Shown: positions 38,526 through 47,599 of the stretch, one piece after another
Layout of the letters: the number at the start of each line of letters is the position of its first letter
Numbering within the stretch: the first letter of the stretch is position 1
Source: Candidatus Spongiisociaceae bacterium
GTDB lineage: Bacteria > Actinomycetota > Acidimicrobiia > Spongiisociales > Spongiisociaceae
Assembly: GCA_965262915.1 (NCBI GenBank)
Contig: OZ253564.1
Coordinates: 832,001 to 896,000 of the forward strand
DNA: 64,000 nucleotides
Direction: 5' to 3'
Notes under the pieces: model-generated
The model's input: the letters and a program-made list of their open reading frames with translations, nothing else
What the model was told of the DNA's origin: nothing
The model's database searches: none
Program-made: the position numbers and the translations under genes

Positions 38526-39512
38526 ATGATGCCCGATACCGACATCCTCCTCAGCCTGTACCGCCTGATGATGCGCATCCGCGTCTTCGAGGAGAAGGTG
38601 CAGGAACTCCATAAGCTCGGCCGGCTGCCCGGCTTCGTGCACGTCTACCTGGGCGAGGAGGCGGTGGCGGTGGGCGCGTGCAGCGTGCTGCGGGACACCG
38701 ATCACATAACCAGTACCCACCGGGGTCATGGTCACTGCATAGCCAAGGGGGCGGACGTTGCCCCGATGATGGCCGAGCTGTTCGGACGGGTGGACGGCTA
38801 CTGCCGGGGCAAGGGCGGTTCGATGCACATAATCGATACCAGCCTCGGGATACTGGGCGCCAACGGCATCGTTGGAGGTGGGATCCCGATGGCTACCGGA
38901 TCCGCCCTGGCCGACTCGGTCCTCGACCGCGACGGCGTGACGGTCTGCTTCTTCGGGGACGGCGCCGCCAACCAGGGAGTTCTGCTCGAGGCCCTGAACC
39001 TGGCCGCGATCTGGAAGCTGCCCATCATCTACCTGTGCGAGTCCAACCAGTACATGGAGTTCACTCCCACCACCGACCTCACCGCGGGGAGGATCTACCG
39101 CCGAGCCGAACCGTTCGGCGTGGCCGGTCAGGAGGTGGACGGCAACGACGTCCTGGAAGTCCGACGGGTCGTCGGAGAGGCAGCAGACCGGGCCCGACGG
39201 GGGGAGGGTCCCACTTTGATCGAGGCGGTGACCTACCGCTTCTCCGGTCACAGCGAGGGCGAGAGCGCGTTCGTGTCGGCCTATCGCACCGAGGAGGAAA
39301 TAGCGAGTTGGAAGGCCCGCGATCCGGTTACCTGCTTTCGTGACCTGATCCTGGTCGAGACCGCTGTCACAGCCCGGGAACTCGACGCCATCGACGCCGC
39401 GGAGTTCGCGGCCGTGAAGGCGGCGGTCCGCTTCGCCGAGGCCAGCCCGTTCCCTTCGCCCGACGAGGCTCTCGATCACGTATTCGCGGAGAGTCGTCTG
39501 TCTGCAAAATGA
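38526..39512 (+). CDS. ThDP-dependent dehydrogenase E1 alpha subunit (pyruvate/acetoin type)
   Basis: GFVHVYLGEEA, STHRGHGH, GKGGSMH, GDGAANQG, TYRFSGHS. Confidence 0.93.
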   Translation: MMPDTDILLSLYRLMMRIRVFEEKVQELHKLGRLPGFVHVYLGEEAVAVGACSVLRDTDHITSTHRGHGHCIAKGADVAPMMAELFGRVDGYCRGKGGSMHIIDTSLGILGANGIVGGGIPMATGSALADSVLDRDGVTVCFFGDGAANQGVLLEALNLAAIWKLPIIYLCESNQYMEFTPTTDLTAGRIYRRAEPFGVAGQEVDGNDVLEVRRVVGEAADRARRGEGPTLIEAVTYRFSGHSEGESAFVSAYRTEEEIASWKARDPVTCFRDLILVETAVTARELDAIDAAEFAAVKAAVRFAEASPFPSPDEALDHVFAESRLSAK

Positions 39513-39655
39513 TTCGCCGTGTCCTGCTTGCCATCGACGCCCCTCGCTGCGTTCCGCCTCCTCGACGTACGCTCCCGGTACGCCTTCGTCGGCGGGCCTT
39601 GCGAGGAACGCCGCTGCCGGCGCATGCCACGGCACCATTCCACAGACAGACCACT
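39492..39655 (+). mobile_element. MITE family A, long copy (supplies the E1 alpha stop codon)
   Basis: AGTCGTCTGTCTG...CAGACAGACCACT; interior closely matches the 40987 and 54353 copies. Confidence 0.85.
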
Positions 39656-39666
39656 GCGAAAGGACG

Positions 39667-40662
39667 ATGATGGCCAACGCCTATTTCATGCAGGCCATGA
39701 ACCAGGCACTGCGGGCGGCCATGGAAGAGGACGAGACGGTGATCGTCCTGGGCGAGGACGTGGATCGCGGTGTCTTCGGTGTTACCCGGGGCTTGATCGA
39801 CCGCTTCGGCGCCAACCGGATCCGCAAGACACCCATCTCGGAAGCCACGTTCGTGGGCGCCGCGGTCGGGGCGGCCGCGGCCGGTCTGCGCCCGTTCGCC
39901 CATGTGATGTTCTCCAGCTTCTTCTACGTGGCCATGGACCAGGTCGCCAACCAGGCTGCCCGCCTCCGCTACATGTCGGGCGGCCAGGTGGAGCTACCCA
40001 TCGTCTACTTCGCCGGGACGGGGCCTTCCGGTTCCGCCGCAGCGCAGCACTCGGAGAATCCCCATTCGATCCTCATGCATACGGCAGGGCTGAAGGTCGT
40101 GATGCCGAGCACCCCCTACGATGCCAAGGGCTTGATGATCGCGTCCATCCGGGATCCGAACCCGGTCGTGTTTCTTGCCGACCTGCGGCTCTCCCGCCGG
40201 CGCGAGCCGGTACCCCGCGATGCCTACGAGATCCCTCTCGGGGTGGCCGACATCAAACGGTCAGGCGAGGATGTCACGGTCGTGGCGCTGGCTTCGGTGG
40301 TTCACATGGCCGTCGACGTGGCAGACAAACTGGAGGCCGAGGGAGTATCGGTCGAGGTGATCGATCCCCGGAGCCTCGTGCCGCTCGATTGGGACACGAT
40401 CGTCTCATCGGTTCGCAAGACCGGACGGCTGGTGGTCGCCGACCCGGCTCGGCGGCTCTGTGGCATGGCGGCGGAGATCATCGCAGGGGTCACGGAGAGG
40501 GCCTGGGAGTCGCTTCGGTCCCAGCCCCGACGGGTCACCTGGCCCGACATACCGGTTCCCTTCAGCCCCGCATTGGAGAAGGTGCTGGACATAGGGGCAG
40601 ACGATATCGACCAGGCTGTCCGAGCTACGCTGGCTGACCGGGTGCCGGTAGGTTCGGCTTGA
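39667..40662 (+). CDS. ThDP-dependent dehydrogenase E1 beta subunit
   Basis: LGEDV, TPISEA, DQVANQAA, AAQHS, PYDAKGL, IDPRSLVPLD. Confidence 0.93.
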   Translation: MMANAYFMQAMNQALRAAMEEDETVIVLGEDVDRGVFGVTRGLIDRFGANRIRKTPISEATFVGAAVGAAAAGLRPFAHVMFSSFFYVAMDQVANQAARLRYMSGGQVELPIVYFAGTGPSGSAAAQHSENPHSILMHTAGLKVVMPSTPYDAKGLMIASIRDPNPVVFLADLRLSRRREPVPRDAYEIPLGVADIKRSGEDVTVVALASVVHMAVDVADKLEAEGVSVEVIDPRSLVPLDWDTIVSSVRKTGRLVVADPARRLCGMAAEIIAGVTERAWESLRSQPRRVTWPDIPVPFSPALEKVLDIGADDIDQAVRATLADRVPVGSA

Positions 40663-40678
40663 AGGAAGGCAGGGTGGC

Positions 40679-40912
40679 ATGCAGGTGATACTTCCGAAGT
40701 GGGGCGTGTCGATGCAGGACGCGGTGTTGATACGCTGGTTGAAGCCGGTCGGCGCGCCGGTCGCGGAGGGTGAACCGCTAGCCGAGTTCGAAACCGACAA
40801 GGTCGAGGTCGAACTGGAATCGCCGGCTTCGGGCATCCTCACCCGGGTGTTCGCCGCCGAGGAGGACACCGTCGATGTCGGGGCTGTGATAGCCGAGATC
40901 GAAGAAACCTGA
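40679..40912 (+). CDS. Stand-alone lipoyl-carrier domain
   Basis: LPKWGVSM...ETDKV...ESPASGIL; 77 aa. Confidence 0.9.
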   Translation: MQVILPKWGVSMQDAVLIRWLKPVGAPVAEGEPLAEFETDKVEVELESPASGILTRVFAAEEDTVDVGAVIAEIEET

Positions 40913-40914
40913 GC

Positions 40915-40981
40915 GTGGTCTGTCTGGAAAACAACTTGCCGTGCCCTGCTTGCATGCCACGAAGCTATCTCACAGACAGAC
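40915..40981 (+). mobile_element. MITE family A, short copy
   Basis: GTGGTCTGTCTGGAAA...CTGCTTGCATGCCAC...CACAGACAGAC. Confidence 0.8.
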
Positions 40982-40986
40982 GTTGG

Positions 40987-41149
40987 GTGGTCTGTCTGCG
41001 AAACAACTTGCCGTGCTCTGCTTGCCAGCAACGCCCCTCGCTTCGTTCCACCTCCTTGACGTACCGCTGCGGGTACGCCTTCGTCGGCGGGCCTTGCGAG
41101 GAACGCCGCTGCCGGCGCATATCACGGCGCAGTTTCACAGACAGACCAC
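40987..41149 (+). mobile_element. MITE family A, long copy
   Basis: GTGGTCTGTCTGCGAAAC...GTTTCACAGACAGACCAC terminal inverted repeats. Confidence 0.87.
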
Positions 41150-41164
41150 GAGTGATCCGTACCA

Positions 41165-42805
41165 GTGGCGCCTGACTACCCCGGCGGCGATCTGGTAGTA
41201 GACCTGCTGGCCGCCCGGGGCGTACAGCACATCTTCTCGGTCTCGGGCGGACCTCTCAACCCCATTTACCACGGGACGCTGCGGGCGTCGGTCCGCATCG
41301 TTCACACCCGCCACGAGGCGGCGGCCGCCTTCATGGCCGAAGGCACCGCGCGGATCACCCGGTCGCCCGGGGTGTGCGCGGTGACGCTCGGGCCGGGGGT
41401 CACCAACACCGTCACGCCCGCTCTCACAGCTATGCGGGCCGGGGTGCCGTTCCTGATCCTGGGTGGCCAGGCCCCGGTGAAGGTCCTGGACAAGGAATCG
41501 ATCATGTCCTTCGATCCCTTGCCGGTGATGCGCCCGGTCACCAAGTACGCGGCTCGGGTCGTGGATCCCGCCCGGATCGAGGAGTATCTGGACGGAGCCT
41601 GGCGGGCCATGACCTCCGGACGCCCCGGGCCGGCCTTCCTGGAGATACCGGTGGACGTGCTGGGCGGGGAAGCACCGCCTCCCTCGTCACGGCGGGCCAA
41701 GGGCTCGCATCTCGGTCCGGGCTTGACAGCCGATCAGGTGGAGCAACTGGCGCGGCTCGTCTCGGATGCTCGCCGGCCTCTCCTGGTAGCGGGGGACGAC
41801 GTCCTGTGGTCGGCAGCCGACAACGCACTTGCCGATGCGGTTGAACACCTCGGGATTCCCTTCGTTGTCCTCCGGCTGGCCCGGGGTCTGGTGGACGAAC
41901 GTCACCGGTGCTGTGCCGGCGTGGGCTACCTGGGTTCGAACCCGCCCCTGCGGAGGACGCTCGCCGATGCCGATCTGGTGCTGGTCGTGGGTCACGAGTT
42001 CGAAGCCGATCTGGGTTACGGGGATCCCATATCCGATGATGCGGTCGTCATCCAGTCCCATCCCGACGCGGGGGTGGTCGGCAAATTCCTCACGCCCGAC
42101 CTCGGGCTGGTCGCGGGCTCCGACGTCGTTCTGGGCGCCCTGGCGAAGGCCGACCCCGGCGGGTTCGACCGGGCCTGGTGCGACGGGGCCACGGATGCGT
42201 GGCGGGACTGGCGCGACCGGGTAGCCGCCGAGCCCCGGGTACGCGGTGAGGGGATCCATCCAGCCCGGCTCTCGGCGCTGCTGGAGGACGCAACGCCGGC
42301 CGGTACCACCTTCGTGACCTCCCACGGCAACATCGACTTCTGGGCCGACCCCGTCCTGCGGGTCAGCCCCCCCGCCCGTTACCTGCGGGCGGGCCAGTCC
42401 GGTGCGCTGGGGGCCGAGATCCCCTTCGGGGTAGCGGCGAAGCTGGCCTCCCCGGCGAGCACCGTGGTGGTGATCGTCGGCGACGGGGGGTTTGCCTTCC
42501 ACGGATTGGAGATGGAGACCGCCCTCCGCTACGGAGCCCCGATCGTGGTGTTGGTGTTCGACGACGAGAAGTGGGGCGCGATCGCCCTCCCGCAGCAGCG
42601 TGCCTACGGGACCGAGATCGAACTGGACCTGCCCCGCCGGGCATGGTGGAAGGTCATGGAGGCCATGGGCGGCTATGGCGAGTATGTCGACGACGAGGCA
42701 GACCTCGCCGGTGCCCTGGACCGGGCATTCGCGTCAGGACTTCCCGCCGTGGTCCAAGTCAAGGTCCCGAGTGTCGAAGCACCCTACGTGGCGTATCACT
42801 CCTAG
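41165..42805 (+). CDS. ThDP-binding enzyme (acetolactate synthase/2-hydroxyacyl-CoA lyase-like)
   Basis: RHEAAAAFMAE, GPGVTN, GRPGPAFLEIP, GDGGF; the ThDP motif ends in DD rather than NN. Confidence 0.9.
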   Translation: MAPDYPGGDLVVDLLAARGVQHIFSVSGGPLNPIYHGTLRASVRIVHTRHEAAAAFMAEGTARITRSPGVCAVTLGPGVTNTVTPALTAMRAGVPFLILGGQAPVKVLDKESIMSFDPLPVMRPVTKYAARVVDPARIEEYLDGAWRAMTSGRPGPAFLEIPVDVLGGEAPPPSSRRAKGSHLGPGLTADQVEQLARLVSDARRPLLVAGDDVLWSAADNALADAVEHLGIPFVVLRLARGLVDERHRCCAGVGYLGSNPPLRRTLADADLVLVVGHEFEADLGYGDPISDDAVVIQSHPDAGVVGKFLTPDLGLVAGSDVVLGALAKADPGGFDRAWCDGATDAWRDWRDRVAAEPRVRGEGIHPARLSALLEDATPAGTTFVTSHGNIDFWADPVLRVSPPARYLRAGQSGALGAEIPFGVAAKLASPASTVVVIVGDGGFAFHGLEMETALRYGAPIVVLVFDDEKWGAIALPQQRAYGTEIELDLPRRAWWKVMEAMGGYGEYVDDEADLAGALDRAFASGLPAVVQVKVPSVEAPYVAYHS

Positions 42806-42844
42806 GTGTTAGGTGTTAGGTGTTAGGTGTTAGGTGTTAGGTGT
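42803..42844 (+). repeat. Heptamer array (TAGGTGT)x6
   Basis: Perfect tandem array; the first unit contains the gene's stop codon. Confidence 0.96.
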
Positions 42845-42936
42845 CGGCTGTCAGTGGTGACTGGCGGGACTGAAGGATTCTCGGTGTGTTGGTGACCTGT
42901 CCGTTCCGTCGGTGGCTACAGAACCGATCATCGAGG

Positions 42937-42961
42937 ACTGGCACCTGGCACCTGATACCTA
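42937..42961 (-). repeat. Heptamer array (TAGGTAT-CAGGTGC-CAGGTGC on the minus strand)
   Basis: Starts at the TAG of the convergent gene; same unit as the 6352-6386 array. Confidence 0.7.
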
Positions 42962-44506
42962 ATCGCCGTACATCAGTTGAATGGCCGTTGTGAGGTAGGC
43001 ACGGGCCTTGTCGGTGAGGCGCCTCCAGCCGTAGGTGTCGAGGACGTGCCGCATCAGTCGGTCGTGGGTGGCGCTGGGGTGCCTGTCCAGCCGGCGTCGC
43101 ATCAGCGCCGCGATCTCGTTGCGCGGCACTTCGTAGAGATCGCGGCTTCCGATCTCCCGCACCACGACCGCAGGACTGCCGGGAACGCGCAGCACCCGCT
43201 GGGCGTCGTTGTCCGAAGGGTCACCCAACCCGTCGATCTGCACCTGTTTCTGGTCGAGCAGGCGCCTGAGGGCCAGATCGAGTTTGTTCCTGGCCAGCTT
43301 GGTGACGCGGGTCGAGCCCGATCCCCTTATATATACCTTGTAGGCCCGGTCGGCGGTGACGGGCCCTTCGGTCTCGATGATCCTGCGAAGGCCCGGGACA
43401 GCACCGAAGGGGTGGGTGTCGCTGGGATGGGGCAGCCCGCTCTCCTCCCACGCCGTGTACGGCAGCATCGGCTGGGCGGCGGCCGGCGATCTCCGCGGTC
43501 CGAACCCCGAGATGGTTGAGGGAGGAGCCGATGGGGCTCCCGGACCCCCTCCGGCCGGCACCGCGCTGACCGGCGTCTCCCCCCGGAGCACCCGGGCGAC
43601 ATCCTTGGCGACGCTCTCCTGGGTACGGGTCTGGGCTTCGGTGGCCCACCCCCCGATATGGGGTGTGAGCACCACCCGGTCGAGCCCCAGGAGCGGGCTA
43701 CCGGCGGCAAGGGGTTCCTCCTCGAAGACATCGAGTCCGGCGCCGGCGATGCTCCCTTCCTCCAGGGCCGCCACCAAGGCCTGCTCATCGATGATCGGAC
43801 CGCGCGCAGTATTGATCAGGTAGGTCGTCGACTGCATGGCCGCGAGTTCGTCTGCGCCGATCAGGTGCCACGTCTCGTCGGTGAGGGGGACGTGGATGGA
43901 GATGAAGTCGCTGTCGGCCAGTAACCCGGCCAGGCGGCGGGGTGTCGCACCGGCCTCCTCGATGGTCTCCGCAGGCAGGTAGGGATCGTATGCGTGGACC
44001 GCCATCCCGAAGGCGAGAGCGCGCTGGGCGAGGCGTCGCCCGATCGCACCGAAGCCGACGACGCCCAGCGTCTTGCCGTCCAGTTCGCATCCCATGAAGT
44101 GCCAGGGAGGATGGCGTTCTCCCGCCACAAGCGCGGTGTGGGAGGCCACGACGTTGCGGGCCAGGCAGAGCATCAGGGCCATGGCATGGTCGGCAACCGC
44201 GGCAGCCTGGGCGCCTGCCGCATTGACCACGGTGATGCCGCAGTCCTCGGCCGCCGGAAGGTTCACCTGGTCCATTCCGATGCCGATCCGTCCGATGACC
44301 TTGAGCCGCCGGCAGCGTTCCAACACCGCGCGGGTGAGTTGGTGGGGGAACAGTTGGTAAACGACGGCGTCGGCGTCGCGAACCGCTGTAACCAGATCGT
44401 CCTGTGCGGTCACCGGAACCGTCCTCACAGTCCCGACCTCCTCCAGCACCTGGCGCGAGACACGCGTCAACTCCACCCGATCGAGAAATACGATGTCATA
44501 GCCCAT
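42959..44506 (-). CDS. D-isomer 2-hydroxyacid dehydrogenase (SerA-like) fused to a DUF3320-like C-terminal domain
   Basis: GRIGIGMD, GFGAIG, HVPLT, INTARG, LDVFEEEP, TPHIGG; then a Pro/Gly linker and IIETEGPV...RDLYEVP...YGWRRLT. Confidence 0.85.
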   Translation of the reverse strand: MGYDIVFLDRVELTRVSRQVLEEVGTVRTVPVTAQDDLVTAVRDADAVVYQLFPHQLTRAVLERCRRLKVIGRIGIGMDQVNLPAAEDCGITVVNAAGAQAAAVADHAMALMLCLARNVVASHTALVAGERHPPWHFMGCELDGKTLGVVGFGAIGRRLAQRALAFGMAVHAYDPYLPAETIEEAGATPRRLAGLLADSDFISIHVPLTDETWHLIGADELAAMQSTTYLINTARGPIIDEQALVAALEEGSIAGAGLDVFEEEPLAAGSPLLGLDRVVLTPHIGGWATEAQTRTQESVAKDVARVLRGETPVSAVPAGGGPGAPSAPPSTISGFGPRRSPAAAQPMLPYTAWEESGLPHPSDTHPFGAVPGLRRIIETEGPVTADRAYKVYIRGSGSTRVTKLARNKLDLALRRLLDQKQVQIDGLGDPSDNDAQRVLRVPGSPAVVVREIGSRDLYEVPRNEIAALMRRRLDRHPSATHDRLMRHVLDTYGWRRLTDKARAYLTTAIQLMYGD

Positions 44507-44608
44507 AGCCGGAGGGAGTCTACCGGTTGACGGCGTGTTCGTTGATGACCCACATGATGTGGATAACGCACGCAGTGCAAGCAACTGGGTAGCGTAGGTT
44601 CCCAAGAA

Positions 44609-46360
44609 GTGCTCACCCGACTGACCATCCGTAACTTCAAGGGCATTGCCGAGGCCGAGATCGAACTGGGCAACCCGGTCGTTTTCGTGGGTCCTAACGA
44701 CTCCGGGAAGACCTCTGCCCTCCAGGCTCTCACGCTGTGGGACCTGGGACTGAGACGCTGGACGGAGAAGCGGGGCGACCAGTCACCGTCGAAGCGGCCC
44801 GGGGTTGCGGTGAACCGCAGAGACCTGGTGGGCGTACCGGTTCCTTCGGCACGCCAGCTGTGGCACGAACTTAGGGTCCGCGAGACATATCGTGACGAGA
44901 CCGGCCAACGTACCGCGAACATCCGGATCGATGTGATCCTTGATGGCGCGACGCGGGTTAGGGTCGAGGAGTCGACCGAGTTCGAGTCCTGGTCATGCGG
45001 GCTCGAGTTCGACTACACCAACGAAGAGAGCTTCTACTGCCGTCCTCTCCGGACAGACGAGAGCGGCAACAAGCGTATGCCGGTTCTGCGCGAAGCGCTC
45101 CGCCCTCGCGTGGTGCTGCTCGGCCCCATGTCGGGTCTGGCCTCCAACGAGACCAGGCTCGAGCCGGGAGCGATCAACGTACGCCTTGGGGAAGGCCGCA
45201 CCGCCGAGGTGCTGCGCAATCTCTCCCTCCGCGTCACCGAACTGCCCGACGGAGAAGACCGATGGGATGCCCTTTCCGAACGCTTGGCGTCGCTCTTCGA
45301 TGCCAAGCTCGACCGTCCTCGGCTGATCCCCGAACGAGGTGAGATCGAACTCACATACGTGAACCTGGCTGGTTCCCGCTTGGACCTGACCGCGGCAGGG
45401 CGGGGCATGCAGCAGACCCTGCTGTTGTTGTCTTTCATCAGCCTCCATCCAGATAGCGTCGTGCTCCTGGACGAACCTGATGCCCACCTAGAAATCCTGA
45501 GGCAGCGTCAGACCTATGAATTGCTGAGCGAGGCCGCGGCCGACAACGGAACGCAGGTGATCTGTGCGTCCCACTCGGAGGTGGTGCTTAACGAAGCTGC
45601 AGATCGAGGCACCGTGGTGGCTTTCGTCGGATCTCCTCACCGAATCGATCACAAGTCAGAGGTTCTCAAGTCTCTCCGCGACATCGGTTTTGAGCACTAC
45701 TACCAAGCCGAGATCACCGGGTTTGTTCTGTACGTCGAGGGATCCACGGACTTGTCGCTGCTGCGTTCGTTCGCCGAGGTCCTCGGACACGGAGCACTGG
45801 CGGTGTTGGAGCGACCCTTCGTGCGTTATGTCGGTGATCGACCTGTCTCGGCGCGTAGACACTTCCACGGTCTGAGGGAGGCGAAGCCCGATCTGGTCGG
45901 ATACGCTCTGTTCGATCGACTCGAGACCCGATTGGACTTGGGCACGATCCTGGCCGGGTACATGTGGCCGCGCCGTGAGTTCGAGAACTACCTGCTTCCT
46001 ACCAAGACACTGCGCCGCTACGCCCGACAGGAGGGAAGAACCTCAGCGGTTGGGCCCCTGTTCGAGGAGTCGGAAACAGAGCAATGGGGCGCCGCCATGG
46101 ACCATGCCATCCGTGAGCACGTGCCACCGATAGCACTTCGCAACCTCGACGACGACTATTGGATTGACACCAAGGTCAGCGATGACCTGCTTGTTCGGGT
46201 ATTCGATGCCTTCTTCGAAGTGATGGGTCTGCCCAACCGGATGCCGAAGGCGAAGTATTATCGGCTCGTCCGGTACCTGGATCCGGCCGATGTTCACCCG
46301 GATGTCGTCTTTGTGCTCGACTCCCTGGTTCGCGTAGCTAACAAGGCACGGCCCGGGTAG
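44609..46360 (+). CDS. ABC-type ATPase + TOPRIM-like domain (OLD-like nuclease architecture)
   Basis: IRNFKGI, Walker A GPNDSGKT, signature-like AAGRGMQQ, Walker B LLDEPDAHL, ASHS, LYVEGSTD, RREFENYL. Confidence 0.85.
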   Translation: MLTRLTIRNFKGIAEAEIELGNPVVFVGPNDSGKTSALQALTLWDLGLRRWTEKRGDQSPSKRPGVAVNRRDLVGVPVPSARQLWHELRVRETYRDETGQRTANIRIDVILDGATRVRVEESTEFESWSCGLEFDYTNEESFYCRPLRTDESGNKRMPVLREALRPRVVLLGPMSGLASNETRLEPGAINVRLGEGRTAEVLRNLSLRVTELPDGEDRWDALSERLASLFDAKLDRPRLIPERGEIELTYVNLAGSRLDLTAAGRGMQQTLLLLSFISLHPDSVVLLDEPDAHLEILRQRQTYELLSEAAADNGTQVICASHSEVVLNEAADRGTVVAFVGSPHRIDHKSEVLKSLRDIGFEHYYQAEITGFVLYVEGSTDLSLLRSFAEVLGHGALAVLERPFVRYVGDRPVSARRHFHGLREAKPDLVGYALFDRLETRLDLGTILAGYMWPRREFENYLLPTKTLRRYARQEGRTSAVGPLFEESETEQWGAAMDHAIREHVPPIALRNLDDDYWIDTKVSDDLLVRVFDAFFEVMGLPNRMPKAKYYRLVRYLDPADVHPDVVFVLDSLVRVANKARPG

Positions 46361-46371
46361 CAGTCGCCGGG

Positions 46372-47388
46372 TCAGGTTCGGATCCAACGGCTCGCTTTGT
46401 ACTCCTCGACCCAGATACGCGAACTGCGCCACTGACCGTCGGGTCCCCGTGTGGCCTGCAACCGGCCACGGGTGGCTGCCGCTCGCAGAGCCGGAGCTTT
46501 CAACTCGGCCGTAGCCAGTGCAGCAAGTGGCGCCAGGCGTGCCGGCCCGGCTACGGCCGGTATCACATGCTGGTACAAGGTGTCCAGGACCGCTCGGGCA
46601 ATCAGCACGCCCAAAGTCCCCGGGTCGCCCGCATCAGCACGCTGAAGCGCTCGGACGTAGCGGTCCCTGTCACGCTTGTAGATGATTGCCGGTGGGTAGC
46701 CGCGCCTGACGAGGATCAGGTTGAGCACCAATCGCCCCGCCCGCCCGTTGCCGTCAAGGAACGGATGGATCTGTTCGAAACGGCAGTGGAGGGCGGCCAA
46801 CTGCTCCGGGAAGGTCAAAGTGGTGGGGTCGAGCGAGTTCGCCTCTTCGATCCACGTTGTCATATCCCCGGGGACGAGGGGCCATGACACCGTGGTCATC
46901 CCGCCGGGGAAGGGCTGGATCTCGTGTTCGCGATAGGCACCCGGCGATTCGCGTTCAGTGGCATCCGGGTGGGGGATCACCTCCCATACCGGTGCCATCG
47001 CCTTGTGGTGGATCATCCGTACGTCGGCCAAGGTGAGGATGGGCCCGGTGACTGAGGGCACTGATGGCGGGGCCACCTGTCCGTACACCCACTCCGCGGC
47101 CCCGGCGTATCCCTTTACTTCAAGGTATTCGCGCAGGGTTCGGTTCCCCACGGCCAATCCCTCTTCGAGCAGTTGTTCCACCTCGCGTTGGATCAAAGTG
47201 TTGCCTTCTATGGCCGTGGAGTGGTGCACTTCCCCGTGCCAGATACCCTTCCAGATGCTGGTCGCCTCGACCGGGCTGGGGAGCCCTCCCATGCGATCTT
47301 GGAGTTCCCGGATCTGGACAGCAAGCCGGCGATAGATCTCGCCGTGCGATGGTCGGCCTGGTCCGGGGATGGATATTTGTTCACTCAT
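46372..47388 (-). CDS. Fic family protein with C-terminal HTH-like domain
   Basis: HPFLDGNGRAGR catalytic motif; HSTAIEGN inhibitory helix. Confidence 0.92.
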   Translation of the reverse strand: MSEQISIPGPGRPSHGEIYRRLAVQIRELQDRMGGLPSPVEATSIWKGIWHGEVHHSTAIEGNTLIQREVEQLLEEGLAVGNRTLREYLEVKGYAGAAEWVYGQVAPPSVPSVTGPILTLADVRMIHHKAMAPVWEVIPHPDATERESPGAYREHEIQPFPGGMTTVSWPLVPGDMTTWIEEANSLDPTTLTFPEQLAALHCRFEQIHPFLDGNGRAGRLVLNLILVRRGYPPAIIYKRDRDRYVRALQRADAGDPGTLGVLIARAVLDTLYQHVIPAVAGPARLAPLAALATAELKAPALRAAATRGRLQATRGPDGQWRSSRIWVEEYKASRWIRT

Positions 47389-47599
47389 CGCAAAAATCAT
47401 GATACCGAACAATTGAACGGGGATCAGCTGTCGCGGATGTCTGGGTCAGCACCCTCAACCGCCTTGATCCTCCGCGCGTGTAGCGAGAGATCGATTTGTT
47501 GAGCTGTAGACAAATCAAAGGTACAGAACAACAGCTACATCGATGTAGTTCCGGGTCCCTAGGTAGGTCACCTGAGGAAGGTGGGTAAGTTGTCGGAGT

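Noticed and set aside
40915-41175. Recurrent Cys/Arg-rich peptide ORFs (VCLENNLPC...YAFVGGPCEERRCRR) at 39519, 40915 and 54214
   Set aside because: Incidental translations of MITE-A; starts and stops are not conserved between copies.
42803-42844. CRISPR array interpretation of the short repeats or MITE copies
   Set aside because: The units are 7-bp tandem repeats without spacers, and there are no cas genes.
42959-44506. Calling the gene serA
   Set aside because: No ASB/ACT regulatory domains; substrate cannot be assigned from the motifs.
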